Assembly (NCBI RefSeq): GCF_003018255.1
Contig: NZ_CP027440.1
Length of the DNA: 64,000 bases
Strand: one strand, 5' to 3'
Origin: Escherichia coli
GTDB taxonomy: Bacteria; Pseudomonadota; Gammaproteobacteria; Enterobacterales; Enterobacteriaceae
Part shown: one piece after another, positions 1 to 12,879 of the stretch
Layout: each line of letters opens with the position of its first letter
Numbering within the stretch: the first letter of the stretch is position 1
The notes under the pieces: model-generated
What the model was told of the DNA's origin: nothing
The model's database searches: none
What the model saw: only the letters and a program-made list of their open reading frames with translations
Program-made: the position numbers and the translations under genes

Positions 1-2068
1 GGTTGGTTTTACGTACTGGATCTTCTTTGCCCAGCGCCGCAGGGACGATGGAGAAGGTGTACGAGATCCCATCTTTGGCGTAGGTGAACGGCAGTTTCGC
101 CACCGACGTCAATGAGGCCACGGCGCCTTTGCGATCACGACCGTGCATCGGGTTAGCGCCCGGCGCGAACGGTGTTCCGGCGCGGCGACCGTCCGGCGTG
201 TTCCCGGTTTTCTGACCGTACACCACGTTAGAGGTGATAGTCAGAATCGATTGGGTCGGCACAGCATTGCGATAGGTTGGCAAAGCTTTAATTTTCTTCA
301 TAAAGCGTTCAACCAGATCGCAGGCAATGCTGTCTACGCGCTCGTCGTTGTTGCCATACTGCGGATATTCGCCGTCAATCTCGAAATCCACCGCCAGGCC
401 GTTTTCATCACGGATTGGTTTCACACGAGCATATTTGATGGCAGACAGGGAGTCCGTTGCCACCGACAGGCCCGCGATGCCGCACGCCATGGTGCGATAG
501 ACATCACGATCATGTAGCGCCATCAGCGAAGCTTCGTAGCTGTACTTGTCGTGCATGTAGTGAATGATATTCAGCGCGCTGATGTACTGTACCGCCAGCC
601 AGTCCATGAAGTGGTCGAGGCTATCCATCACTTTGTCGTAGTCCAGCACGTCATCCATCAACGGAGCCGTTTTCGGGCCAACCTGAATCTTCAGCTTCTC
701 GTCCATTCCGCCGTTGATTGCGTATAGTAGCGTTTTCGCCAGGTTAGCGCGCGCACCGAAGAACTGCATCTGCTTACCAATCACCATTGGGCTGACGCAA
801 CAGGCAATCGCGTAATCGTCGCTATTGAAGTCAGTACGCATCAGATCGTCGTTTTCATACTGCAAAGAGGATGTGACGATAGACACCTGCGCGGCATATT
901 TTTTGAAGGCAATCGGCAAGGCTTCCGACCACAGAATAGTCAGGTTAGGTTCCGGTGCAGGCCCCATAGTGTGCAGGGTGTGTAAATAGCGGAAGGAGTT
1001 TTTGGTCACCAGGGTTCGACCGTCCAGCCCCATCCCGCCGATCACTTCCGTCGCCCAGATCGGGTCGCCGGAGAACAGCGAATCAAATTCCGGCGTACGC
1101 AAGAAGCGCACCATACGGATCTTCATGATGAAGTGGTCGATCAGTTCCTGTGCCTGCTGCTCATTGAGTACGCCTGCTTTAAAGTCGCGCTCAATGTAGA
1201 TATCGAGGAACGATGCCGTGCGCCCCAGCGACATCGCGCCGCCGTTCTGTGATTTCACTGCCGCCAGGTAAGCGAAGTAGAGCCACTGCACCGCTTCCTG
1301 TGCATTCTGCGCCGGGCGAGAGATGTCAAAACCGTATTTCGCCGCCATTTCTTGAATCTGCAACAGCGCACGACGATGTTCCGCCAGCTCCTCACGCAGA
1401 CGGATCGTAGCTTCGAGATCTTCGCCTTTTTCCAGACGGGACTGGAGATCGGCAAACTGCAGTTCGCGTTCACGTACCAGATAACTGATGCCGTAAAGCG
1501 CCACGCGGCGATAGTCACCGATGATACGCCCACGACCATAACCATCTGGTAAACCGGTCAGTACACCAGATTTACGGCAGCGCAGCATATCCGGTGAGTA
1601 AACATCAAATACGCCCTGATTATGGGTTTTACGCAGATCGGTAAAGATGTATTCAAATTCGCTGTCCATTTCACGACCATACGCGTGGAATGAACTTCTA
1701 ATCATATTAATGCCGCCGAACGGATGCAGCGCACGCTTTAATGGCGCATCCGTTTGCAGACCCACTATTTTTTCCAGCGGCTGGTCAATATATCCTGCAT
1801 CATGAGCGGTAATTGTGGTGGCAATATTGGTATCGAAATCCAATGGCGCGTGAGTCGCATTTTCGATACGGATGCCTTCCATCACTTTTTCCCACAATTC
1901 CGTGGTGGCAGGCGTCGCTTCGGCGAGAAAAGATTCATCACCTTCATACGGTGTATAGTTATGTTGAATAAAATCGCGGACATTAATTTCGTTTTTCCAG
2001 TCCGTACCTTTAAAGCCAAGCCATGCGTCGGCGTACAGCTTATCGCTGGTATCAATATCTACCTTCAT
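1..2068 (-). CDS. tdcE: 2-ketobutyrate/pyruvate formate-lyase (glycyl radical enzyme); N-terminal part only, 3' end lies beyond window start
   Basis: Reverse complement from 2068 reads ATG AAG GTA GAT ATT GAT ACC AGC GAT AAG ([10 protein letters not shown]...), open to the window edge; sits upstream of tdcD in the tdc operon order. Confidence 0.88.
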   Translation of the reverse strand, partial: MKVDIDTSDKLYADAWLGFKGTDWKNEINVRDFIQHNYTPYEGDESFLAEATPATTELWEKVMEGIRIENATHAPLDFDTNIATTITAHDAGYIDQPLEKIVGLQTDAPLKRALHPFGGINMIRSSFHAYGREMDSEFEYIFTDLRKTHNQGVFDVYSPDMLRCRKSGVLTGLPDGYGRGRIIGDYRRVALYGISYLVRERELQFADLQSRLEKGEDLEATIRLREELAEHRRALLQIQEMAAKYGFDISRPAQNAQEAVQWLYFAYLAAVKSQNGGAMSLGRTASFLDIYIERDFKAGVLNEQQAQELIDHFIMKIRMVRFLRTPEFDSLFSGDPIWATEVIGGMGLDGRTLVTKNSFRYLHTLHTMGPAPEPNLTILWSEALPIAFKKYAAQVSIVTSSLQYENDDLMRTDFNSDDYAIACCVSPMVIGKQMQFFGARANLAKTLLYAINGGMDEKLKIQVGPKTAPLMDDVLDYDKVMDSLDHFMDWLAVQYISALNIIHYMHDKYSYEASLMALHDRDVYRTMACGIAGLSVATDSLSAIKYARVKPIRDENGLAVDFEIDGEYPQYGNNDERVDSIACDLVERFMKKIKALPTYRNAVPTQSILTITSNVVYGQKTGNTPDGRRAGTPFAPGANPMHGRDRKGAVASLTSVAKLPFTYAKDGISYTFSIVPAALGKEDPVRKTN

Positions 2069-2101
2069 GAAAAATAATCTCTCTACAATACTTCAACTAA
2101 A

Positions 2102-3310
2102 TTATGCAAATTCTGCGGGCGCGTTCACTTTGCCTAAATGAATGGCATCCAAAGCAATCATTTTTTCTTCGTTAGTCGGAATTACGGCGCAAATGACACG
2201 CGCATTTTCACTGGAAACAATTCGCTCTCCAAAAGAGTTAGAGCGATTATTCATTTCTGTATCAATCTCTACGCCTAATACAGCTAAATGTTCCATGACC
2301 AGACGACGAATTAAACTTGAATTCTCTCCTATTCCGCCGGTGAATATAATTCCATCCAGGCGATGTAATGAAGCAGCGTGTCCGGCAATATGACGGGCAA
2401 TTCGGTGAACAAAGGTTTTAATTGCCAGTTGCGCGCGTTCGTGACCTTCATGCCAGGCTTTTTCCAGAACACGTAAATCCGAAGAAAGGCCGGAAATACC
2501 TAATAATCCCGACTCTTTATTCACTACGCGCTCCAGGTCCCCCAGGCTCTGGTTGGTTTGGCTGGCGACCCAGGACATCGCACCAAAGTCGACATCGCCA
2601 CTGCGGGTACCCATCATCAAGCCTTCCAGCGGCGTCATTCCCATGGAAGTGTCAACACTCTGACCGTTGCGAACCGCGCAGATTGACGCGCCATTGCCAA
2701 GATGCGCCACAACCAGGCCGGAGTCATCTTCCGCCAAATTCAGCAAAGAATGCGCGCGCTGGGAAACATAGCGGTGCGACGTGCCGTGGAAACCATAACG
2801 GCGTACACCTAACTCTTCATAATATTTCCACGGCAGGCCGTATAAATAAGCTTCCGGAGCCATCGTCTGGTGGAAACTGGTATCAAATACCGCTACCTGA
2901 GTTACGCCCGGAAATAATTGCTGCGCCGATTCAATACCACTTAAATTGGCGTAATTATGCAGGGGTGCCAGTGGAGAAACGCGACGGATATTATCAATGA
3001 CTTCATCGGTAATAATGGCGGACTCGGTAAAAATACTGCCGCCGTGAGCGATGCGGTGGCCAATTAAGGCCACACTGTCATTTAAATTCCGTTTTTCCAG
3101 TTCAAATGCAATTGCCTTCAATGCACCTTCGTAGCTGTGGTGAGCCAGCGGTGCTGGCTCTCCCCCATTTACGGATAAGAATGCATTTTCCGAGTTAATA
3201 CCGTCGGCAATACCTGACATTAATACTTCACAGTCGCTGGCATTGAGTACGGAAAACTTAATCGAAGACGAACCACAGTTAATAACCAAAACAACCGGAA
3301 ATTCATTCAT
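2102..3310 (-). CDS. tdcD: propionate/acetate kinase
   Basis: ORF track 2102..3322; N-terminus [19 protein letters not shown] matches acetate-kinase family TdcD; start trimmed to the ATG at 3310. Confidence 0.92.
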   Translation of the reverse strand: MNEFPVVLVINCGSSSIKFSVLNASDCEVLMSGIADGINSENAFLSVNGGEPAPLAHHSYEGALKAIAFELEKRNLNDSVALIGHRIAHGGSIFTESAIITDEVIDNIRRVSPLAPLHNYANLSGIESAQQLFPGVTQVAVFDTSFHQTMAPEAYLYGLPWKYYEELGVRRYGFHGTSHRYVSQRAHSLLNLAEDDSGLVVAHLGNGASICAVRNGQSVDTSMGMTPLEGLMMGTRSGDVDFGAMSWVASQTNQSLGDLERVVNKESGLLGISGLSSDLRVLEKAWHEGHERAQLAIKTFVHRIARHIAGHAASLHRLDGIIFTGGIGENSSLIRRLVMEHLAVLGVEIDTEMNNRSNSFGERIVSSENARVICAVIPTNEEKMIALDAIHLGKVNAPAEFA

Positions 3311-3335
3311 CTCTTTTCTCATCCTGAGTTACGGA

Positions 3336-4670
<1,335 letters not shown>

Positions 4671-4688
4671 CTATCCTCAACGAATTAA

Positions 4689-5678
4689 TTAAGCGTCAAC
4701 GAAACCGGTGATTTGAGAGACGCGAGAAAGATCGATATTGCCGCCGGAAATAATACTGACGGTTTTTCTGTTTTGAATATATTGGTCTAATTTACCGCTT
4801 AATAATGCAGCACATGCCAGAGCGCCTGCGCCTTCGGTGACGACTTTATTGCGCTGAATTAAGGCAATCATACTGTTTCTGATTTCATCTTCGCTGACCA
4901 GCACGATGTCATCGACTAATTCACGAACGATTTCGTAAGTTAAATTACCCGGGCGGGAGACATCACAACCATCCGCCAGGGTGCCGGTAGTTCGGTGCGT
5001 GGTTATTTCTCCGGAGTGGAAAGAAGCCGCCATGCCGTGAACGTTTTCAGACTGTACGCCAATAACACGAATGGTCGGGTTAATTGATTTAATCGCTACC
5101 GCAATACCAGCAATTAAACCGCCACCGCCAATTGGCACAATCACATTATCGACATCATAGAGATCTTCCATAATTTCCAGACCAATCGTTCCCTGGCCAG
5201 CAATCACTTTCGGATCATCGTAAGGTGGGATAAAAATACGGCCTTCCATTTCGACAATTTCGCTCACTTTAGCAATAGTGTCGTTGAAGTTATCACCATG
5301 CAAAACGACTTCTGCGGAGTAGTCGCACGTTGCCGCGACTTTGGATTTCGGCGCACCTTTTGGCATCACCACTTTACCGTCAATACCCAGCATCGCACAG
5401 GAGAGCGAAACCCCTTGCGCATGGTTGCCCGCAGAGCAGGCCACTACACCTTTACGTTTTTCCGCATCAGTCAGTGAACTTAATTTATTAAATGCGCCAC
5501 GAATTTTAAATGAACCGGTACGCTGCATGTTTTCGAATTTGAGGAATATTTCACCTTTGCAACGTTCACTAAAATAGTTGGAGCGAGGCATACCTGTTTT
5601 ATAAATTCGCCCAGCCAGTCGTTGTTTTGCTTCAATGATGTCATCAATAGCAACCGGGAGATCGTATGTAATATGCAT
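4689..5678 (-). CDS. tdcB: catabolic threonine dehydratase (PLP-dependent)
   Basis: 329-aa ORF with the PLP lysine motif SFKIRGA; operon position. Confidence 0.93.
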
Positions 5679-5776
5679 TATAAAACCTCTTAGCCTGAAT
5701 TAAATATGTAGGTAACCGTAACCGACACCTGCAAAACAGACAGGTGGATTATTTATGTTTAAATTAAAACAAATAA

Positions 5777-6715
5777 CTAATCAACTTCAATTAATTGCCT
5801 TCGTCTACACCCATTATAAGATGAATACTCTTTGGCTAATTCCACCAAAACCGATGCTGCTTTTTTAATACGATAATTTTTCGACCATACCGCGGCATAT
5901 TGTGCCACAGGTAATGTTTCTTCAACCGGAATAGTAATAAATTGATTAGAACCAAAAGGTGATGTCATATCACAAGGAATTACAGTTAAGAAATCAGCAT
6001 TGAGAACAAGATTATAAATTGTCACGACTGAGTCGGTTTTAACGATGTTTTCAATACTGATGCCATTTCTTTGTAACGTAGTAAGCAGCTCGCTGTAGTA
6101 CCCCATATTGGTTTGTGGCAACACCCACTGTTCGTTCTTCAACGACTCCAGCGTGGTGGTGCCGGTGCATGTTCGGGACTTACTGGCTACCAGCACAAAC
6201 TCGGACTCGAACAGCGGCTCAACATGTAAATCCTGAAGCTTCATTTCTGCGCTTAACGTACCAATCGCAAAATCCAGTCGACCGTCGCGGATTGCCGGTA
6301 AGAACGAAGACAGTTGCGCTTCATACATAGAAACCTGCGCTTTCGGGAACACCTCTTTGAACTTGTTGATCATCCCGGACATAAAAGTAAAACCAATCAA
6401 TGAAGGAAAACCAAATGAGACTTCCACCACCGCCTCAGAAGACATACCGCTTATCTCATTAACCATATTTTTCATTTCACGGGTAATGGATTCGGAACGG
6501 GAGAGTAACAATTGACCGGCAGGTGTTAATGTTACACCGGTATTTTTCCGCACCACTAACTCCACACCAAAATAATCTTCAATATCGTTAATGATTTTAC
6601 TGACGGCCGGTTGAGTTAACCCTAACTCTTTTGCAGCCGAGCCGATAGAACCACTTCTAATAACTTCCTGAAAGACTACCAGGTGCTGCGTTTTCGGAAG
6701 AAGAATAGTGCTCAT
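5777..6715 (-). CDS. tdcA: LysR-family transcriptional activator of the tdc operon
   Basis: 312-aa ORF with an N-terminal HTH (LTQPAVSKIINDIEDYFGVELV) typical of LysR regulators; first gene of the tdc operon. Confidence 0.92.
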   Translation of the reverse strand: MSTILLPKTQHLVVFQEVIRSGSIGSAAKELGLTQPAVSKIINDIEDYFGVELVVRKNTGVTLTPAGQLLLSRSESITREMKNMVNEISGMSSEAVVEVSFGFPSLIGFTFMSGMINKFKEVFPKAQVSMYEAQLSSFLPAIRDGRLDFAIGTLSAEMKLQDLHVEPLFESEFVLVASKSRTCTGTTTLESLKNEQWVLPQTNMGYYSELLTTLQRNGISIENIVKTDSVVTIYNLVLNADFLTVIPCDMTSPFGSNQFITIPVEETLPVAQYAAVWSKNYRIKKAASVLVELAKEYSSYNGCRRRQLIEVD

Positions 6716-6891
6716 AACGACCTACGTTAATTACCTCATTGACGGCATGAAGTGTATCAAAATGAAATGAACAGGATATGTGCGACCACTCACAAATTAA
6801 CTTTCAATACTTTCCAGGGTATCGTTATTACAATTAAATATCTTTATATATCAATGAGTTAAAGTATAAAAATCAGCATAAACCCTGATTT
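6716..6891. promoter_or_regulatory. tdcA-tdcR divergent control region (tdc operon promoter; CRP/IHF-dependent in K-12)
   Basis: AT-rich intergenic DNA between the divergent tdcA and tdcR frames; individual sites not resolved by eye. Confidence 0.5.
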
Positions 6892-7029
6892 TTGTCAAAA
6901 AAAATGACGGGGATAACCATATTTTATGGCGATAACATCATTCGTTATGTGGTTAATACAAAAAAGGGGCTGAGACCATATTTCAAGCAATTACCGGATA
7001 ATTACCAGGCAAAATTTGAGTTAAATTTA

Positions 7030-7248
7030 ATGAGCAAGTTCTCAAATTTTATTATAAATAAATCATTTTCAGTGATAAATAATGCGGCACGTCACATTTT
7101 TTCACGCTATTTGTTGGAGAACAAACATTTATTTTATCAATATTTTAAAATTTCGAATACAGGTATCGATCATCTCGAACAATTGATTAACGTCAACTTT
7201 TTCTCTTCTGACAGGACGTCATTTTGTGAATGCAATCGTTTTCCATAA
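7030..7248 (+). CDS. tdcR: small tdc operon regulatory protein, 72 aa
   Basis: ORF 6892..7248 contains an internal ATG at 7030 giving the 72-aa product MSKFSNFIINKSFSV...; divergent from tdcA. Confidence 0.7.
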   Translation: MSKFSNFIINKSFSVINNAARHIFSRYLLENKHLFYQYFKISNTGIDHLEQLINVNFFSSDRTSFCECNRFP

Positions 7249-7769
7249 ATTCCTCTCCCCTCATAGGCGACGAATAGCATTTTGTGTTGAGGATCACAAA
7301 ACGAATAATTGCTGGTCGCCGCGATAAGGTCAGACGAAGACAACAAGGGGGATTCTCACTGTGCTTTACATCAGCGTAGGCCATAGAATGTTGCTTCGTT
7401 GACTGTAATGCCGGGTAAATGAGCATTTTTTGATAGTGCGAAAGAACCCTGCGAGGAAAATAAGCATCTATTATTGTTTGTCATGATGACAAGGCAGGCA
7501 TCAATGAAAGGCTTCCCAATTGCACATATTTTTCACCCTTCAATCCCGCCAATGCACGCAGTGGTTAACAATCACAACAGAAATATTGATTATTGGACGG
7601 TAAAAATTTAGGTTATAACGCCCAAATGATTCAACGATCGGACAATACCTGCGAACTTACAATTAATGAGAGAAATATATGTATAATTACGACCTTTTAA
7701 ATGCAATATAGACTTAATAACTTCTTACAAAGTCTATTATTAATACCGTAGATATTCATCTTACCCTGG

Positions 7770-7805
7770 GCACCAAAAGCAAAAACCCGCCGAAGCGGGT
7801 TTTTA
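7770..7805 (-). terminator. rho-independent terminator downstream of rnpB
   Basis: Plus strand aaaaacccgccgaagcgggttttt: GC stem with TTCG-type loop, T-run on the minus strand directly 3' of the rnpB end. Confidence 0.8.
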
Positions 7806-7813
7806 CGTAAATC

Positions 7814-8190
<377 letters not shown>

Positions 8191-8197
8191 GGCGCGC

Positions 8198-8226
8198 AGT
8201 ATAGAGGGTTTGCGCGCCCTTGTCAC
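8198..8226 (-). promoter_or_regulatory. rnpB sigma70 promoter
   Basis: Minus strand reads GTGACA - 17 nt - TATACT - 7 nt - G(+1); the -35 hexamer (8221..8226) overlaps the garK stop codon (8223..8225). Confidence 0.75.
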
Positions 8227-9368
8227 CCCGCGTTGCGCATTCCAATCGCCAGTGTCGCGGCGATATTACGTGAAGCACGGCAGATATTGTCATAAGCTCC
8301 GCGGAATGCTTCGTCTAACGTACCAATGCTGGTCAATACGCTGAAGACCGCATCAATGCCATGCTGATGTACAACGCCAACATCATTGGTCAGGCTACCC
8401 GCAATGCCAATCACCGGTTTATGGTACTTTTTCGCCACGTTTGCGACGCCAATCGGAACCTTGCCGTGAATACTCTGGCTGTCAATACGCCCTTCACCGG
8501 TGATCACCAGCGTACAATCGTGAATATGTTCCTCCAGATTCAGCGCCGTAGTGACGATTTCAATACCACTTTTCAGTTCTGCACCAAGAAACGCCATCAG
8601 CGCCGCGCCCATACCACCCGCAGCTCCTGCGCCGGGGACATCTTTCACATCAACATGCAGCGCTTTTTTAATGACATCGGCATAGTGAGAGAGGTTATTG
8701 TCCAGCTCGACAATCATCGCTTCACTGGCTCCCTTTTGTGGGCCAAAGATGCGCGATGCGCCGTTATCGCCCACCAGCGGATTGGTGACATCACAAGCGA
8801 CGCGAATGACGCAATCTTTTAAGCGCGGATCGAGGCCGGAAATATCAATATCATTCAGAGTATTAAGACTACCGCCGCCAAAACCAATTTCATTGCCGTT
8901 GGCGTCGCATAATTTCGCCCCCAGCGCCTGTACCATGCCTGCGCCGCCATCATTTGTAGCGCTGCCGCCAATGCCGATAATAATGTTTGTTGCACCGCTC
9001 TCCAGCGCCTGCAGGATTAACTCGCCTGTGCCGCGTGAAGTGGTCACGAGTGGATCGCGTTTTTCCGCAGGTACCAGCTCCAGCCCACTGGCCGCCGCCA
9101 TTTCAATAAATGCGGTTTTGCCATCGCCGGAGATCCCCCAACTGGCATCCACTTTCTCGCCCAGCGGCCCTGTAACCCAGGCGTGACGTTCAGAACCCTG
9201 GGTAGCTGCAATCATCGCTTCCACCGTTCCTTCGCCACCATCGGCAACCGGAACAGAAACGTACTGTGCATCAGGAAAAATTTCCCGAAATCCTTTTTCT
9301 ATCGCCTGCGCAACCTCGCTGGCAGATAAACTTTCTTTATAAGAGTCTGGGGCGATTACGATTTTCAT
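8223..9368 (-). CDS. garK: glycerate 2-kinase
   Basis: ORF track 8223..9449; N-terminus MKIVIAPDSYKESLSASEVAQAIE (glycerate kinase family); start trimmed to the ATG at 9368. Confidence 0.9.
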   Translation of the reverse strand: MKIVIAPDSYKESLSASEVAQAIEKGFREIFPDAQYVSVPVADGGEGTVEAMIAATQGSERHAWVTGPLGEKVDASWGISGDGKTAFIEMAAASGLELVPAEKRDPLVTTSRGTGELILQALESGATNIIIGIGGSATNDGGAGMVQALGAKLCDANGNEIGFGGGSLNTLNDIDISGLDPRLKDCVIRVACDVTNPLVGDNGASRIFGPQKGASEAMIVELDNNLSHYADVIKKALHVDVKDVPGAGAAGGMGAALMAFLGAELKSGIEIVTTALNLEEHIHDCTLVITGEGRIDSQSIHGKVPIGVANVAKKYHKPVIGIAGSLTNDVGVVHQHGIDAVFSVLTSIGTLDEAFRGAYDNICRASRNIAATLAIGMRNAG

Positions 9369-9464
9369 ACCTATGCCTGTTACCACATGACGCCGGAGGG
9401 CGTTTCTCTTATTCGGCCTGGATTCCAGGCCCGGATTGCAATACGCCATCCGGGCACGACGTCA

Positions 9465-10349
9465 TTAACGAGTAACTTCGACTTTCGCCAGTTTTTCGTA
9501 GTAGCACGCCAGGGCGCTATGATCTGCCGTTCCTAAACCATCTGCTCGCAGTGCCTGCATCATCTCCATAACCGCAGCTGTGAGCGGCAGTTGCGCACCG
9601 ACGCCGTGGGAAGTATCCAGCGCATTTGCCAGATCCTTAATATGCAGATCAATACGGAAGCCCGGCTTGAAGTTGCGGTCCATCACCATCGGCGCTTTGG
9701 CATCCAGCACGGTACTGCCCGCCAGTCCACCGCGAATTGCCTGATACACCAAATCCGGGTTAACGCCCGCTTTGGTTGCCAGCGTTAACGCTTCTGACAT
9801 CGCGGCAATATTCAGCGCCACAATGACCTGATTCGCCAGTTTGGTAACGTTACCTGCACCAATTTCCCCGGTATGCACCACGGAACCCGCCATCGCTTTC
9901 ATCAAATCATAGTATTTGTCGAAAATAGCCTTGTCGCCGCCCACCATCACTGACAGCGTACCGTCGATGGCTTTCGGTTCACCGCCGCTCACCGGAGCAT
10001 CCAGCATATCAATGCCTTTCGCTTTCAGAGCTTCGCTGATTTCACGGCTTGCCAGCGGTGCAATAGAACTCATATCGATCAATACCGTACCTGGCTTCGC
10101 GCCTTCAATAATGCCATTCTCACCCAGCGCCACCTCTTTCACATGAGGGGAGTTTGGCAGCATGGTTATGATGACGTCACACTGTTCAGCGATCGCTTTA
10201 GCCGTAGAAGCTGTTTCTGCACCTGCAGCAATCACTTCAGCAATAGCTTCTGGGTTACGGTCAGCAACCACCAGCGAGTAACCTGCTTTCAGAAGGTTTT
10301 TACTCATTGGTTTACCCATAATCCCCAGGCCAATAAAACCAACTTTCAT
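9465..10349 (-). CDS. garR: tartronate semialdehyde reductase (2-hydroxy-3-oxopropionate reductase)
   Basis: N-terminus MKVGFIGLGIMGKPMSKNL with a Rossmann GxGxxG motif; gar operon position. Confidence 0.9.
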   Translation of the reverse strand: MKVGFIGLGIMGKPMSKNLLKAGYSLVVADRNPEAIAEVIAAGAETASTAKAIAEQCDVIITMLPNSPHVKEVALGENGIIEGAKPGTVLIDMSSIAPLASREISEALKAKGIDMLDAPVSGGEPKAIDGTLSVMVGGDKAIFDKYYDLMKAMAGSVVHTGEIGAGNVTKLANQVIVALNIAAMSEALTLATKAGVNPDLVYQAIRGGLAGSTVLDAKAPMVMDRNFKPGFRIDLHIKDLANALDTSHGVGAQLPLTAAVMEMMQALRADGLGTADHSALACYYEKLAKVEVTR

Positions 10350-10384
10350 AGTCATATCAATCATCTCTCTTGTTGCGGTGGTGG

Positions 10385-11155
10385 TTATTTTTTAAAGGTA
10401 TCAGCCAGTTTCTGAGTGGCAGAGCGGAAGACGCCGAGATCGCTGCCGACAGCCACAAACGTCGCGCCCCATTCCAGATAACGACGCGCATCGGCTTCGA
10501 CCGGCGCGAGGATACCGCTGGGTTTGCCGTGCGCGCTGGCACGGTTAAAAATGTGCTGAATTGCTTTTTGTACATCCGGGTGTGAGGCATTGCCGAGATG
10601 GCCTAATGCCGCAGCCAGATCGCTGGGGCCGACGAAGATACCGTCTACACCTTCGGTAGCGGCAATGGCATCGACGTTATCTACGCCCTGCTGACTTTCT
10701 ATCTGGACCAGAATAGTGATGTTCTTGTTCGACTGAGCGAAATAATCCGCCACGGTGCCAAACATATTGGCGCGGTGAGAAACGGAGACGCCGCGAATGC
10801 CTTCCGGCGGGTAACGAGTTGATGCCACCGCCTGCTCTGCTTCCTCTTTTGTTTCTACAAAAGGAATCAGGAAGTTATAGAAACCGATATCCAGAAGACG
10901 CTTAATAATTACCGGCTCGTTGGTCGGCACTCGCACTACTGGCGCGCTGGCGCTGCCTTTCAGGGCCATTAACTGCGGAATAAACGTGGAGATATCGTTT
11001 GGCGCATGTTCGCCATCCAGCACCAGCCAGTCAAACCCAGCCAAACCAAGAACTTCAGTGCTAATCGGGTTAGAGAGTGCTGACCAGCAACCAATTTGTA
11101 CCTGTTTCGCAGCCAGTGCGGCTTTGAATTTATTCGGGAAAACATCGTTATTCAT
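10385..11155 (-). CDS. garL: 5-keto-4-deoxy-D-glucarate aldolase
   Basis: 256-aa HpcH/HpaI-family aldolase ORF between garR and garP. Confidence 0.9.
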
Positions 11156-11170
11156 CGCTTATACCTTTGC

Positions 11171-12505
11171 TTATTTCTGCAATTCCATACGTTTAATGTC
11201 GCCAACTACGAAGAGGTAGCAGACCATCGCCATCAGCGCTGAACATCCCACGAAAACCAGTGCTGCATTGAAGGAGTGCAATTCACTTACCAGGTAGCCA
11301 ATCACCAGTGGAGTGACAATGGAGGCAACATTGCCAAAGACGTTAAAGACGCCGCCGCAGAGACCAACAATCTCTTTCGGCGCGGTGTCAGAAATCACTG
11401 GCCAGCCCAGCGCACCAAATCCTTTGCCAAAGAAAGCCAGCGCCATCAGCATGACCACCAGCGTGGTGTTGTTGGTGTAGTTACATAAGATGATGGTGGA
11501 AGCCAGCAACATTCCCAGCACAATCGGTAGCTTACGTGCCAGGGTCAGGGACAAACCGCGTTTGATCAGATAATCCGAGAAGACACCTCCCAGCACGCCG
11601 CCCGCAAAGCCACACAGTGCCGGAATCGAGGCGACCAGACCCACTTTCAGAATCGACATGCCTTTTTCCTGCACCAGATAAATTGGGAACCAAGTGAGGA
11701 AGAACCAGGTAATGGTGTTGATAAAATATTGTCCGAAAAATACGCCCAGCATCATGCGGTTAGAGAGCAATTGCTTGATGTAATGCAGTTTGGGACCACT
11801 TGCTGCCACACTGCCCGGCTTTTTGTGGTCCATATCGACCACCGCGCCATTTTCTGAGATAAACTTCAGCTCTTCCGCAGACATACGTGGGTGATCTGTC
11901 GGGTTATGAATCAACTTGATCCACAGCGCCGTCAGCACAAAACCAATTACCCCCATAACGGTAAAGACGTGCTCCCAGCCCCAGGCGAAAGTCAGCCAGC
12001 CAAGCAGCGGCGAAAAGAGCGCCAACGAGAAATATTGCGCCGAGTTAAAGATGGCGGAGGCAGTACCACGTTCTTTCGTCGGGAACCAGGCGGCGACAAT
12101 ACGGGCGTTCGCCGGGAATGATGGCGCTTCCGAGAACCCCAGCATAAAGCGCATAAAGAACATGGAGATCCCAGCCCAGGCCAGCGGAAACATATCGACA
12201 AAGCCTTGCAGGAAGGTGAACAGCGACCAGAAAAAGAGGCTGTAAGTGTAAACTTTCTTCGAGCCAAACTTATCAAGCAGCCAGCCGCCGGGAATTTGCA
12301 TCAGCAAGTAGGCCCAGCCAAAAGCAGAGAAGATGTAACCCATCGAAACCGCACTTAACTGCAACTCTTTTGCCACTTCGGTACCAGCAATAGACAGCGT
12401 TGCACGATCGGCGTAGTTAACGGCGGTAACAATAAAAATAATCAGTAATATTAAATAGCGGGTATGCACGCCTTTCTTTTTTTCGTCAACGGTGTCCAGC
12501 ATCAT
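11171..12505 (-). CDS. garP: galactarate/glucarate MFS transporter
   Basis: 444-aa 12-TM-like ORF with MFS character; first gene of garPLRK. Confidence 0.9.
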   Translation of the reverse strand: MMLDTVDEKKKGVHTRYLILLIIFIVTAVNYADRATLSIAGTEVAKELQLSAVSMGYIFSAFGWAYLLMQIPGGWLLDKFGSKKVYTYSLFFWSLFTFLQGFVDMFPLAWAGISMFFMRFMLGFSEAPSFPANARIVAAWFPTKERGTASAIFNSAQYFSLALFSPLLGWLTFAWGWEHVFTVMGVIGFVLTALWIKLIHNPTDHPRMSAEELKFISENGAVVDMDHKKPGSVAASGPKLHYIKQLLSNRMMLGVFFGQYFINTITWFFLTWFPIYLVQEKGMSILKVGLVASIPALCGFAGGVLGGVFSDYLIKRGLSLTLARKLPIVLGMLLASTIILCNYTNNTTLVVMLMALAFFGKGFGALGWPVISDTAPKEIVGLCGGVFNVFGNVASIVTPLVIGYLVSELHSFNAALVFVGCSALMAMVCYLFVVGDIKRMELQK

Positions 12506-12879
12506 TTTATTTACCTCGGGTACTTATGCTGATTTTTATTATTATGGGGAAGGTGTTATTTATGAGTTTCATTTATGCCGTTACGACAATGAACTCGGGA
12601 ATTAGTATAAGCAGCGCGAGAATAATAATCATTGTGCAAATGCTAATTTAATTAATACTATTTAAATATTATTTTGAGCATATGCACATAAGGTTGCGCG
12701 CTAAAGCACAGATTTGCGCTTTACCTTGCCGGGAGGTACTGCAATCCCTGAAATGATTGACATTGATCACATTTCTGCATTTAAACTCCTGACATTCTTA
12801 TTTCACCCAATGAAGTTATTTATTTTTAAATGAGACCAGGTCCTCATTTTAATAGTCCCTGGCTGGAGAATATTGCACA
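12506..12879. promoter_or_regulatory. garP/garD divergent promoter region (CdaR-activated in K-12)
   Basis: 374-bp AT-rich spacer between divergent garP and garD; sites not individually resolved. Confidence 0.5.

Noticed and set aside
2142-3000. 83-aa and 192-aa plus-strand ORFs
   Set aside because: Antisense to tdcD; the 192-aa frame is Pro/Arg/Ser-rich with no motifs.
7193-7426. 77-aa minus-strand ORF in the tdcR-rnpB spacer
   Set aside because: Overlaps the 3' end of tdcR on the opposite strand, has no ribosome-binding site by eye and no family resemblance.
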